DNA of 64,000 bases. It comes from Botryllus schlosseri (taxonomy: Eukaryota). The stretch is taken from positions 17,672,001-17,736,000 of the forward strand of contig CM119372.1 in NCBI GenBank assembly GCA_051294905.1, written 5' to 3'. Within the stretch, counting starts at the first letter, position 1, and the number at the start of each line of letters is the position of its first letter. Made by a program: the position numbers and the translations under genes. Positions 27,401-38,115 of the stretch are shown here, one piece after another. The notes under the pieces were generated by a model, which was not told where the DNA came from, made no database searches, and worked only from the letters and a program-made list of their open reading frames with translations.

Positions 27401-28060
27401 TCAGCAGCACTTGAAGGAACTGCTCCACACTGCTTTGACGTCATATCAGCCTGATATCAATGACTTTGTGACCCAGGTGGAGAGTGGAGACGCACCGCAT
27501 CACCACACAATAATAAGCTTCATTCGATAGCCTACATTTCATTGTGACGCAATAAATTCGTATTTTTGAATTTTTGTTTTTTGGCTCTTACAACTAAGAG
27601 TTTTGATATGCGGCTCGCGCATGAAGCAAGTCTGCCCACCCCTGGTCTATTTAATTCACGACCTACGTTAGAAAATCCACTCCTGTATATTTTATACTAT
27701 CGATGCGCAAAGCATTGTTAGTGTGACGTCATAGTGTTCTTACCTCATTTTGAAGCCCGCTAGCAGTCGCTAAAGAGTCTCCGGAATTTGGCCCACCCTA
27801 TGTTAGTCGGTCTTGTTTGGTCAACCGACCACGAAGTGAGAGAAATTTACCATATTTTCAGGATTTTCCTCCGGTATTGCAAAAAATCTTTTCAGATTTC
27901 CAAAATATGGTAACCCTAATGTTACACTAACATTATCAACTTAATCTTTTAACAGAAGCTTCCGAGAATAGACGCGTATCTGAAATCAGGACGGTGTCTG
28001 CCAAATTTTCCCAAAAACGACCCTTATATCAGAAAAGACTTCGTTCTTGAGAATCTTTAA
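15478..28060 (+). CDS. GSTM: Mu-class glutathione S-transferase, copy 1 (divergent paralog)
   Basis: Exons 15478-15519, 20885-20960, 21021-21079, 21144-21270, 21330-21378, 21446-21557, 23352-23462 and 27956-28060 splice in frame. They give MSDSFVLGYWDFRG-YGESCRYMLEY...[34 protein letters not shown]...LTYLDFLFY...KLPRIDAYLKSGR. Confidence 0.92.
16979..17504 (+). mobile_element. tRNA-derived SINE (family A), interrupted by a MITE
   Basis: A-box-like TAGGGCAGTGG, B box GGTTCGAGTCC, (AAAC)n tail, and a 15-bp TSD aactctgtgcgaagt at 16964-16978 and 17505-17519. Confidence 0.9.
17151..17401. mobile_element. hAT-type MITE inside the SINE
   Basis: TIR cagaggtggtc / gaccacctctg; TSD gttatgag. Confidence 0.9.
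18508..20272. mobile_element. hAT-type non-autonomous element (cagggttgcca family)
   Basis: TSD actatagg at 18500-18507 and 20273-20280. A close second copy starts at ~63524. Confidence 0.9.
19005..19362. mobile_element. Nested hAT-type MITE
   Basis: TIR cagtggttcccaac / gttgggaaccactg; TSD tactgaag / tactaaag. Confidence 0.85.
21615..22990. mobile_element. Tc1/pogo-like MITE (TA-flanked) hosting two nested hAT MITEs
   Basis: TA|cagtcgactccgc ... gcagattcgactg|TA. Related copy at ~51882-52388. Confidence 0.65.
21932..22912. mobile_element. hAT-type MITE containing a further MITE at 22253-22555
   Basis: TIR cagtggttcccaacc / ggttgggaaccactg, TSD atttagag. The inner element has TSD cactagat / cactagct. 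Confidence 0.9.
25238..25550 (+). mobile_element. tRNA-derived SINE (family B, possibly MetaSINE-like)
   Basis: A box TAGCGTAATGG and B box GGTTCGATCCC, followed by ggccgggtca...aaagac...tggta...cctgcttggcgctca.gcatta. This resembles, from memory, a conserved central SINE domain; the 3' boundary is approximate. Confidence 0.7.
25690..26096. mobile_element. hAT-type MITE (tagggcaagttttt family, tgcaact repeats)
   Basis: Ends tagggcaa / ttgcccta; TSD gtgattac / gtaattac. Longer copy at 57440-58221. Confidence 0.8.
26800..27644 (+). mobile_element. Internally deleted hAT element with transposase C-terminal remnant
   Basis: TIR cagaagtgggcaaact / agtctgcccacccctg; TSD gtctagtt / gtctattt. The interior reads QHLKELLHTALTSYQPDI, like the end of Buster/Charlie-type transposases. 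Confidence 0.7.
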
Positions 28061-30553
28061 CGAGACTTTCCCGAGAAATCTTCGTTGAGATGCTGTCTCC
28101 ATTGCTGTCGCTTCTCTGTATGATAATCACGCTAAAATTGATTGATATCTGTGCTGTTCTAAGATTAACTGCAATTGTGTGTCGTTGTGCAATACACCGT
28201 GAAGCAATGTTGCGAGCGCTAAGTTACGGTTCGTTTATCATCTTTCGAAGCTTACATAAAGTTTACAAGCTATCAAGGTCGTGTGTATACCGTCAAAGGT
28301 AAACCCTTCATTGAGTTCTAGCTCATTTGAGCAAAAATGGCGTTCGTATGCGGGAGGATACCGATGATGGCCACTTTAATGAAAGATATTTCAAGTTATG
28401 TTGGGACGAGTGTGAGTTAGATTGGTTAGGGTTCGGCGTTAGAATCGTGTATGCCCGGCAGCACAGAAATTACTCAGGAACTAGTTTTAGATATCCCCTT
28501 GCTCAATGTTGTCGTGGAGAATGTGAAGATATACGTAAGGGCGACTGGGAGTACCAAGCCGCAAGCTCCCTGTCCTGCCGAAGGAATCAAGCTCCTGGTG
28601 TTAGTGCTACTGATGATCTACTTGCGACGGCTCTTCATTATGAACACTGTAAAAATTGTGGCTGATAGTTCTTTCGTAACCATTCTCGATGATGTTGGAC
28701 TTTTTCGTCCCGGATCACTTACGTAAGCGGCCTCAAATACCCACAAAAGGGCGAATTGAGACGTTCGCCGGCTAGTAATAGGCCATTTTCGAAACCTACG
28801 GCTGACAGTTGTCCTAAACCATAGCTTGATTCCTTGATTTGGGATATCGATGACTAAAATATCAGTTCCTTTACGGATTTGCGTAGCCATGGACCCGCCA
28901 CATTTTTCGTAGATCTTTGTATACGACCATATAGTAGAATATGTCGTGACGGATATATTTGACTTGATATTTTATTAGCACTTCGCGCGATTTATTGTCA
29001 CTCGAATTCTTACTTAGTATCGGTGCCCCCTCCAGAAAATTATAAGTAGCCCCAGTTTACCGAATTGAGTCCAACCATTTTCGTAATTATCAGAGAACGT
29101 GTCGTCAATCATGCGGCTTCGCGTCTGCACTCACAGAAAGATCGTCGGCGATGAAACCTTTGCACAAAATGACGGACGCATGTTCAACAAAATCTTCGAT
29201 ATTGATATGTCTAAGCACCGAATAATCTCGTCGCTACCAAATGAGCCCAGCAGTGTATTACGTCCAGCCTGATCAATTCTACCCATGCAGCTGCTCAACT
29301 TGGTATATCACTGGAGAAAATAGAGTCTGCGGCGCGGTTTCAATCCCTTCGGTTCAGATCACGAAAAAAACTTCAGGAATTTTTATTTTAACGACTGTTC
29401 ACTAATGTGCTGAGACTGACAACGACAAATCGAAAATATTCTGCAAACATTGCGTAGTTATCCTGATTATCAGTTTGCACAGTATAGAATATATTTAATC
29501 TCAGACTGCCATTCTGTTAATGTGAGTCCTGAAGTTTTAGCAGTTATGAAGAGAAACTTCCTTACGATTTCCCTAGTATAGAAAATTAAAAATTAGGTTA
29601 TCAATAATGATGCAAATTTAGAGGCTTTGCGGGCACCCTGAAAAGGCTTCGCAGACCCCCCGGTTGAAAATCACTGCATTACTCGAATCATGAGAATACC
29701 CGATTCAGATTCGGCTACCCGAACCATTGTGCCCATTTCGGAAGAAAACGTTTATATCCACTGGGGTATGAATGCATTTTCGGCCCACGGTGCACATGAG
29801 ATTCACGAACCATTGCGCGGGCCACTTGAATGTTGATGAGCTTTTACAGTCGTCCGACAGGAGTGAACCGGATTAGGTAACGGTGAAAACAAGACTTATT
29901 TTACTTCGCATCAAAATCGATAACAACCATATCATGAAACCTCAATGTGTAGTGATGTCCTAGCCGCGCGAGACGCGACATTTTTTCCTAGTTGAAGAAT
30001 GAATTTGGTCAATAATAATGTTACTTGCATATACTGCCGATCGCATCTGTATCTACATTAAAAATCTGTTTCTGAGTTCTTGTGCCTAATATATGTTGCG
30101 ATATTAACCCAATGGTGTCGTCGTAAGCCTGATTCGTTATCATTGTATTTGCCACCACCTATCTTTCTGGAAATTGATTTTCGGCTCTCGTTCATATAAA
30201 ATCGAACACGCGGATTTTCAAGACACGAACACGTATTTCAAGAGATGCAGTTGCAGAATTCACTTTGAAATTATGAAACTCTCCACAATTTTCACACATA
30301 GTATGATGTTATTTTAATGAAAAGTCAAATGGTTGCTGTAAATTACTAGCCTACTATCAATATGTTCACAAGACAGATCCCGGTTGCACCATGATTGAGC
30401 TAAATTTGAACAATAACTTATTTGGGGTTCCGCGGGGTTCCAAAAGGGGTCCGCGAATACAAAAAGGTTGAGAACCACTGAAGTAGTGACAGGTGATTTA
30501 TTTCGGCACTGAAAGTTGCGTATATACGCTCCGTGTCATCAAGACTGATGATT

Positions 30554-31032
30554 TAGCTTTCAATACAACATCCATTGTATAGTAAAATATTTATTCAACT
30601 CGAAGACTTTTCGGGTGCCTCTTTTCAATAGTTAACGGCACACTGAAGGGATTTAAACAGAATGAAAAGCAAAACCAGAAAGGCGAAGTATGACGCAAGA
30701 ATCAGAAATTACATACCATGAAGTCCGCAATGATTTTCTGTATAACTTACAAATTTCCCATTAGTGCGTTCTAATTCGTGTTTGTTATTGTTTAGTTTCA
30801 AATTGCTATGTTACTAGTACCGTACACTTCAAGCTTGTTATTGTTGCCATTGTTACATTGCGGACTTCATGGTATGTAATTTCTGATTGTTGCGTCATAC
30901 TTCGCCTTTCTGGTTTTGCTTGTCATTCTGTTTAAATCCCTTCAGCGTGCCGTTAACTCTTGAAAAGAGGCACCCGAAAAGTCTTCGAGTTGAATAAATA
31001 TTTTACTACAATGGATGTTGTATTGAAAGCTA
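30554..31032. repeat. Foldback element with ~178-bp near-perfect inverted arms and ~120-bp spacer
   Basis: 30554-30732 is the reverse complement of 30855-31032 with few mismatches. Confidence 0.9.
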
Positions 31033-31804
31033 TCTTCAAGTTCTGTACCACGAACCAACTGATGATTTATCAACGAAATTTATCGTTTCCGCTGTCGAAG
31101 CCTTAAAACAGCTATGGGTCAAACAGCAGACACACGTACTACGAAGCTGCAAATTACCTTTGACAGAAACATGTATCACAAAGCTGTGGTGTACAACTAC
31201 CATTACTCCTCGTGGAGTCGTGGTAGCATAAAAGGTACTTTCCAAATGTTCCCTGTCGTTATGACGTCAAGGGTCATACTCGAATACTGGACTCCACTCG
31301 AAGTCAGAATCGAATCATCTAGGCAGGCCTACTCGATATCGCCTAGCCTTACGCGCATTATTAACCCACGAAATTAGACCGCGGCGCAACGATCACATTG
31401 AATCGGTTATGACATTATAAGCCAGCGGTTGCTCGGCACTTTGATAAACATGAACTGAACAGCTAAATAGCAGTATTTAGTCGTCGTATGTTCGTGTGTG
31501 ACACCATAATTTGGATGTGAGGTCATTTTTATCACATGAGAAACATTGCCTCAGGATCAGTAAAGTCTTAATCCAACAGTGATGATAAATATAATACAGT
31601 ATACTTTGAATATTGAAGTAAATCGGACTGCACCATGAAGAGAATGCGCAAAAAGTAATTATATTTAGGACAATCTGTTTCACGCATGACACACCTTTCC
31701 CGCCTTAGAGGGTGTATAATAGACTTATTATACAATATTTGCGGAGAGGTAACCTATATTACGGTGAGCTATACATCGTAGCAACTATCGTGGTAAGAAT
31801 GTAG

Positions 31805-32520
31805 TAGGGTTACCATACGTCCTCTTTTTTAAAGGTGTCCTCGGAGGACGCCTTCTTGTCCGCTTTTTTGAGATTTTGTCCTCTTTTTTTGAGAATTTTG
31901 AAAATTCACGGCGAAATTCGACTGATATACAATACAATACAATACATTGGGTTATAATTTACATCTGAACAAGTTACACACAATGTACAATGCGATAAGA
32001 CACAATGCGATGTAACGAACTGATAGGAGAATGTCGAACGACACGCATCAGTAGCGATCCTTTACTCAAACATCCACCTCGGCCTAGAGTGCCCGATGTT
32101 ACAGCTCTTTTCGATGTTGATCTTTTTGAAGCCGCGCCCCTTTCTACAAGTTCTTGCCATTCCTTGCGAGTGCTTTCTTTCTTCGGGTCTTTTTCTGGGC
32201 TTTTTTTTGTCGCCGTTAGAACGGCGACAGCGGGGGAAGAGGAGCCAGATGAGCCTCCGACGGGAATCGAATCGGCTCCGCCTGCTTGGTAGGCGCTTAT
32301 ATCGTCACTACTACGCTATCTCCCCCGCCATAAATCGTAAATCGCCGTAAATCAGCACTGAAATAACCCTCCGCGGGTATTTCGGGAGCTGGGCCGAAAA
32401 GTTGACCTTTTTTTAGTCAACCGACGACGGGGTGGGAAAAATTTACCCCGCATTTGCAACTTTTAAAATTTTAAAATGTGTCGGATCCTCTTTTCAGATT
32501 TCCAAAATATGGTAACCCTA
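31805..32520. mobile_element. hAT-type MITE (tagggttacca family) carrying a retroposed insert
   Basis: TIR tagggttaccata / tatggtaacccta; TSD gaatgtag / gaatatag. Confidence 0.85.
31926..32335 (-). mobile_element. Short retroposed element with GC-rich head, LINE-type 3' tail and (TGTAT)n end
   Basis: The minus-strand tail ctaggccgaggtgg...gtcgttcgacattctcctatc...atcgcatt matches the LINE 3' end at ~60265-60400. It interrupts a host MITE segment that is seen intact near 25900-25950. Confidence 0.65.
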
Positions 32521-33602
32521 GAATATAGTGAGTAACAAAATTCGTCGGATTTTTGGAGGGGTTATGGTCAACGGAATGTATTTGATCAATGATCATTGAT
32601 CATATTTGTAGGCAAGATACGTCGACACTCGACAGTTATTACGCTATACACAACGCAACTAGGCTTGATGCTTGATGTGTTGGGAACGTAAATATTTACT
32701 CGTCATTTTACGCCACTACTACGCCATGGCCAAGTGAATGGTCATGGTCAGCGGAAATGTATATTACATTGTACGAAAGGTATCAAATAACGGTACGATA
32801 TTTTGTAATGCCGCACTGTTACTATCCAAAAGAAATTCGTGGTACGAATTGCGTTATTTTGTAGTAGGCCTATTGCACGGTACCGACTCCATAATGCAGA
32901 GTCATTATGATGAGCAGATGACAGCAGCCATACATGACGGATGCGTTGGGATATAATGGCGACAGAACGACCACGACCTGGACGATGCGGACTGAAATTA
33001 CAGTGAGAAAGTGTCAGCAGGTGTTAACGAATTTTATATATTCAATGTCTTGGCGAAGCTTTTGCTTCGTCGGTGATCGACATTCGTTCACCCATATTGT
33101 GATCTATGTGAGGCGCGTGCAATAGACACTTACGTGACCTTTGACACGAACAAATCAGGTTGCAGCAGGATGTAAACAAACATCAAGCCCGGGCAAACTT
33201 ACTATGAGCTCTTATGGAAAAGGGTTGAAAAATGAAGGTTTTTAGCAAAATGACATTTAATTGGGGATAGCTGGCTTTGGTGAATGGTAATAACGTTGAG
33301 CTAGTACGTATTTGCAGTGTTATAACCTAGAATAAACCTGAATGGTGGCAAGCAACCATCAGCACGGTATGTCCAAATGAATGGATTTCTGACAACTTTT
33401 CGGATGAAACAACTATTGCGGTGTTATCATTAGTCGTAAACAATACTATAGGATTGTCGTACCGAATAGCATGTATTAGAGGAATCTTGAGTCAGGATAG
33501 GTGGGGTATTCATTATGTGTGCTCGGTGTTATATGCGTTCTATTTAGGGAATCATATACGGAACAGTCTGTATCACTATCTAGCAAATTATACTGTTACA
33601 CT

Positions 33603-34105
33603 CAGGGTTGTAATGACTCGAGTCATGACTCGACTCGAGTCACGATTTTATGATGACTCGACTCATTTTCTTAAAATACGGAAATGACTCGACTCGAATC
33701 AATCTGTGTATTGACTTGACTTGGACTCGAGTCATTGTGCATGACTCGAGACTCTGACGGCCAAGACCGACATTTCATTGTAATTTTGAAGAATAGTAAA
33801 GTAACCACACTATTGGGATTTCGTCTATTGGTACTGATACTTGAAAACGCGACCAGAAACTGCTAAAAATGAGGAAAATTAGTATTATAAATGCGAACCA
33901 TTCGATATCACCAAACTGAGTTATAAAAAGTGGATTCAGCAAGATTTAGCAACTGATCAGTCGACACAATAACTTGGACTCGACTCGAGTCATGGTGGAC
34001 TCGGCCCTCTGATCGCTGACTTGGACTTGACTCGGTGGTGAATTGAAAATGACTCGAGTCAAAACTATAAACGTGTGATTGACTTGTGACTTGGTTACAA
34101 CCCTG
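33603..34105. mobile_element. hAT-type MITE with gactcgag subterminal repeats
   Basis: TIR cagggttgtaa / ttacaaccctg; TSD gttacact. Inverted copy at 44313-44813. Confidence 0.9.
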
Positions 34106-34239
34106 GTTACACTGGACACTTGTCTGCATATTCTATAATCAACATGTTACTATAATATATGTGTTAGGCAACATGATCCGACCACAGCTGAAATTGCCAT
34201 TTTTTGTTCTAGCTCATGTATTGAATCTATCAGGATAAA

Positions 34240-36330
34240 TGCCGGATAAACACAGCAGCTAAACTGCTAATAGCCTACCTACGGGTGAAACTTGGAGATT
34301 GCTACCCAGAACGTTCCTGGTGTGCGCTTCTACCTTTCCCAGAGCCAATAACATGCATGGGAGAATGTAAAATCTGGATAAAGGCATGTGGACTTCCTTA
34401 TAGTCATCTGAATTCTCATTTTATTGATAAAATGACGTATGTATTATTGTACCAAAAATATTGAATCGTCACATAATTTAGTAGATAGAACAATGAGTCC
34501 AAACTGATATGCAGTCACACCGCTTTCGTTGTTGATGCCACAATCGACTTGGTGTGTGTCTCATATTATTCCGCTCCAGTGTTGTTGCTTGATGGTGTAA
34601 AATGGATTGAAATTGTTGAAAGCAATATATTCAATGATAAGATGGATAGTTGATGACATTGGTAGGGGTCGACATGAGTCGCACGAGCACGCCTTGATGG
34701 GTGCCTGTACAGCAGTGTTGTTGCTCTGTAAAATAAACATATTATATATTTTATGCAGGCTTGATGGATATCCTTTATGACGCTGCAGAAAGAGGAAGTC
34801 GAGGGATAAAACGCAAGAAAATCAAATTTCTGGAAGAAGTATAGAAGCACAAAACAGGAAACTCTTCCAGGAAAATTACAAATTGACGGACAATTATTGC
34901 TAGTGAAGTTCAGCTCTCAAAGCACCATAGTGTCAAAAGATGTGGAGAAGCTGATGAAATTTTATACTGGACTACATTAAATTCTTTCTGAATTGCCCGA
35001 CTTATCCTACTGATGTCAAATTCCTATTATTGTAGTAAGCATAGTATTAAACCATTAGGTGAATCGTATGTAACTGCTTCATTAAATTTCGATTTGGCTA
35101 TGTAGAGATGTGGTTCTTAAAAATGCAGCATTTGCATCCATTCGCGAATTCTCAAATCTAGAATGATTATTGACTGTACTGAACTGATGAAGACAAACCC
35201 CGCCGTGCTCACAATATCTTTGTCTATAAATCACATACAACTTTGAAAGAATTGATGGATTGTGGTGTACTAACTTTTGTGCGAGAACCAGTGTTGGTAT
35301 GACTCGAGTCATGACACTTTGCTAAAATGACTTGACTTGACTCGGCATGTCAGAAATGTGGATTGACTAGTGACTCGGAGCAAAATTCATGAGTCAATTT
35401 CAAGTCCTCAAGTAATCGGTGTCAATAAAAACCACTGTATCTTGCACACTGTATGTTCGGACTGTTCACGAAACGCTGGTGAGAGTGACCAACCAACCCG
35501 TGAGAGTGACCAACCATTCAATGATCGAGCGTTTTACTGAGCCTTCATTGTTCTCTCACAAATATATTTTTATCGCAAACGAATCTTACAGCTTACGTTG
35601 TCGTAAACTAGTATACCGTAGTAAAGTAATTTAATAGCAAAATGTCTATTTCTGTTCTACATTTTTACCGTAACCAAATGTCTTGTTTTATTGAAATTGA
35701 TTGGAATATAGGCTAGTTTATATAGTCCTTAACCATTGACGAAGGCTCGAATTGTATCATATCAATTTGTAAATGGGTAATGTATTGCATCTTATCAATT
35801 CATTTCTCTATTCTCTATTTTGGATGTTAACTATAAACTGAGGCTATGCAATCACGTAGTTTAGCAGTTCTACGTATACGTGAGCGACACAGCGCCTTCT
35901 TGTGTGTATAACTCTGTATTCGTTCATTGGTGTGTGTGACTTGACTCGTGGCTCGACTTGACTCGAGTCAAAATGTGCAATGACTCGAAATGACTTGTGA
36001 CTCGAAGGTAGTGACTTGATCCCAACACTGGCGAGAACTATTCACATGGAGCTATGGTGCACTAAGAGATGCTATCATGGCAGAAAAGGGATTCGCAATT
36101 GAGCCTGAAATCAAGAAATTAAATCTAGATTTTATATTCCTGCACATGATTTGGCACATCGTCAAATGTCGGGGCCAAACTGTTCCGCAACAAGAAAGAT
36201 GACGAGACATCATATTCATATTAAACAACTGATCGGAAGAATCAAGGAGTGTGAAATTTTGTTCGGTGTCATAATATGCAGCATTGTCTATCAACTAACC
36301 GAATATGGACTAATTGCTTACTCTAATTCA
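34240..36330 (+). pseudogene. THAP + Harbinger-type DDE transposase pseudogene
   Basis: Fragments YPER...LLPFPEP...CKIWIKACGLPYSHLN...KMTYV (THAP), YKSHTTLKELM..LTFVRE/LFT, DAIMAEKGFAI (MADKGF-like) and QMS...ATRKMTRHHIHIKQLIGRIKECEIL. Many stops and frameshifts; split by the MITE at 35289-36030. Confidence 0.75.
35289..36030. mobile_element. hAT-type MITE (cagtgttgg family)
   Basis: TSD gcgagaac on both sides; inverted relative to the copy at 36472-37454. Confidence 0.9.
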
Positions 36331-36471
36331 AGATTAGAAATGAATGACGCAACATATTCAGCATTTGTGCAAATTCAGTTCCATTGTGAATATCATAATG
36401 ACTAATAGCATGCTACAGATCCTAATTGCATGGTGCCATGGTCAGTGTGTGCCAACAGTGCATGTCTATAC

Positions 36472-37454
36472 CAGTGTTGGGATCAAGTCACTACCTTCGA
36501 GTCATTTCGAGTCATTGCACATTTTGACTCGAGTCAAGTCAAGTCAATCGATTTTCAAAGGTGACTCGAGTCAGGTCAAGTCACTCGATTTTTGGAGGTG
36601 ACTCGAGTCAAGTCGAGTCAAGTCAAGTCAAGTCACGAGTCAAGTCACATTTCAAGTCAAGTTGCCTTTTCGATGTATGTATGAGGAATGATTACGTCAC
36701 TGCAATTTGCTAGCTGTCTGAAATACAGTTTGAGTGGTCATTGGTCATTGATTTCGAACCGATGAACGAATATAGAGTTAAATATACACGCAAGAAGGCG
36801 CTTTATCGCTCACATATACGTAGAACTGTGAAACTACGTAATTGCATAGCCTCAGTTTATAGTTACCAGCCAAAACAGAGAATAGGGAAACGAATTGATA
36901 AGATGCAATACGTTACCCATTTACAAATAGATATGATACCATTCGAGCCTGTGCCCATGGTTGAGGACTATATAAACTATATTCGACTTCAATTTCAATA
37001 AAACAATCGGTTTGGTTAAGGTAAGATGAGAACAGAAACAGACATTTTGCTATTCTATTACTTTACCACTAGAGTTACGACAACGTAAGCTTTAAGCTTC
37101 GATCACTTCGTTTGCAGTCAATCTATTTGTGAAAGAACAATCGAGGCTCGGTGAAATGCACGCTTATTGAATGATTGGTCGCTCTTAGTCACAGGGGTTA
37201 CACAAGCGTTTCGCGAACAATCCGAACATATCCAAGATAAAGTGATCTTTATCGACACCGATTAGGCTACTTGATGACTTGAAATTGACTCGTGAATTTT
37301 GCTCCGAGTCACGAGTCAATCCACATTTCTGATACGCCGAGTCAAGTCAAGTCAAGTCATTTTGGCAAAGTGACTCGAGTCAAGTCAAGTCATGCGAAAA
37401 AGGTGACTCGAGTCTGACTCGAGTCAAGTCATGACTCGAGTCATCCCAACACTG
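36472..37454. mobile_element. hAT-type MITE (cagtgttgg family) with (agtca)n/gactcgag arrays
   Basis: TIR cagtgttgggat / atcccaacactg; TSD gtctatac. Confidence 0.9.
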
Positions 37455-37459
37455 GTCTA

Positions 37460-38115
37460 TACATACTATATTCCAGTGGTGTGGTGTGCATTGAATCTCA
37501 TTTAGATGCCCAATTTGTTGAATAAACAGTTCTCCAGGTACAGATGTTGTAGGATTATTTGTGTTTGGTGTAATGTTATAAAATCGAAGACACCAGACAC
37601 GCCAAAATCTACCTAGAGGCAGGAGTTGATGGGTTGCGAGTACGGTCAAGAGATGGCTTGGCAATCACGATCGAGCTCACTGATGCTGACGCAAATCACA
37701 ATGTATGTCTTTCAGCCCTTGTAGCTTCAGGTGTTGGATTGTCTTGATCCTTGCATAACTGCATATGCATGAGAGCATATCAGAACCTAATCTGAAAATA
37801 AAACCATGGTTACAATATCTATTGCATGAGTCTCTGAAGAAATGCCTTTTTCCTTACTTACCCTGTCTTACAAGTGCAAGACGAATCAATATTAGATTTT
37901 CCGAGATATTTCCATCAGGTGTGGTATCTCACTTTTCTGCAAGTTTTTTCTGCGATAACATTGGCTGTTCACTAGAATATTGCTTCCACAATAAGAGTGG
38001 ATTGTCTCCTCAATCTTTATCCCTAAGTCGTGTACGCAGCTTCGTAGCTTTCTCCGCGGTGTTAGAAGAAAATACTGTCCCACTCAAATCCGAAAATCCG
38101 ATAGAATATCCATAG
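37460..38115 (-). pseudogene. Second gene of the ISL2EU-like element (SWIM zinc-finger-type accessory protein), decayed
   Basis: The minus strand reads VNSQCYRRK...KSEIPHLMEI, then IDSSCTCKTG followed by a GTAAGT donor. This resembles the CYRS..K...PH / CxCKAG signature of ISL2EU accessory proteins. No exonuclease domain is visible. Confidence 0.5.

Noticed and set aside
36472..37454. CRISPR-like array of gactcgagtc/agtca repeats
   Set aside because: Spacing is irregular, there are no unique spacers or cas genes, and the context is eukaryotic. These are subterminal repeats of MITEs with 8-bp TSDs.
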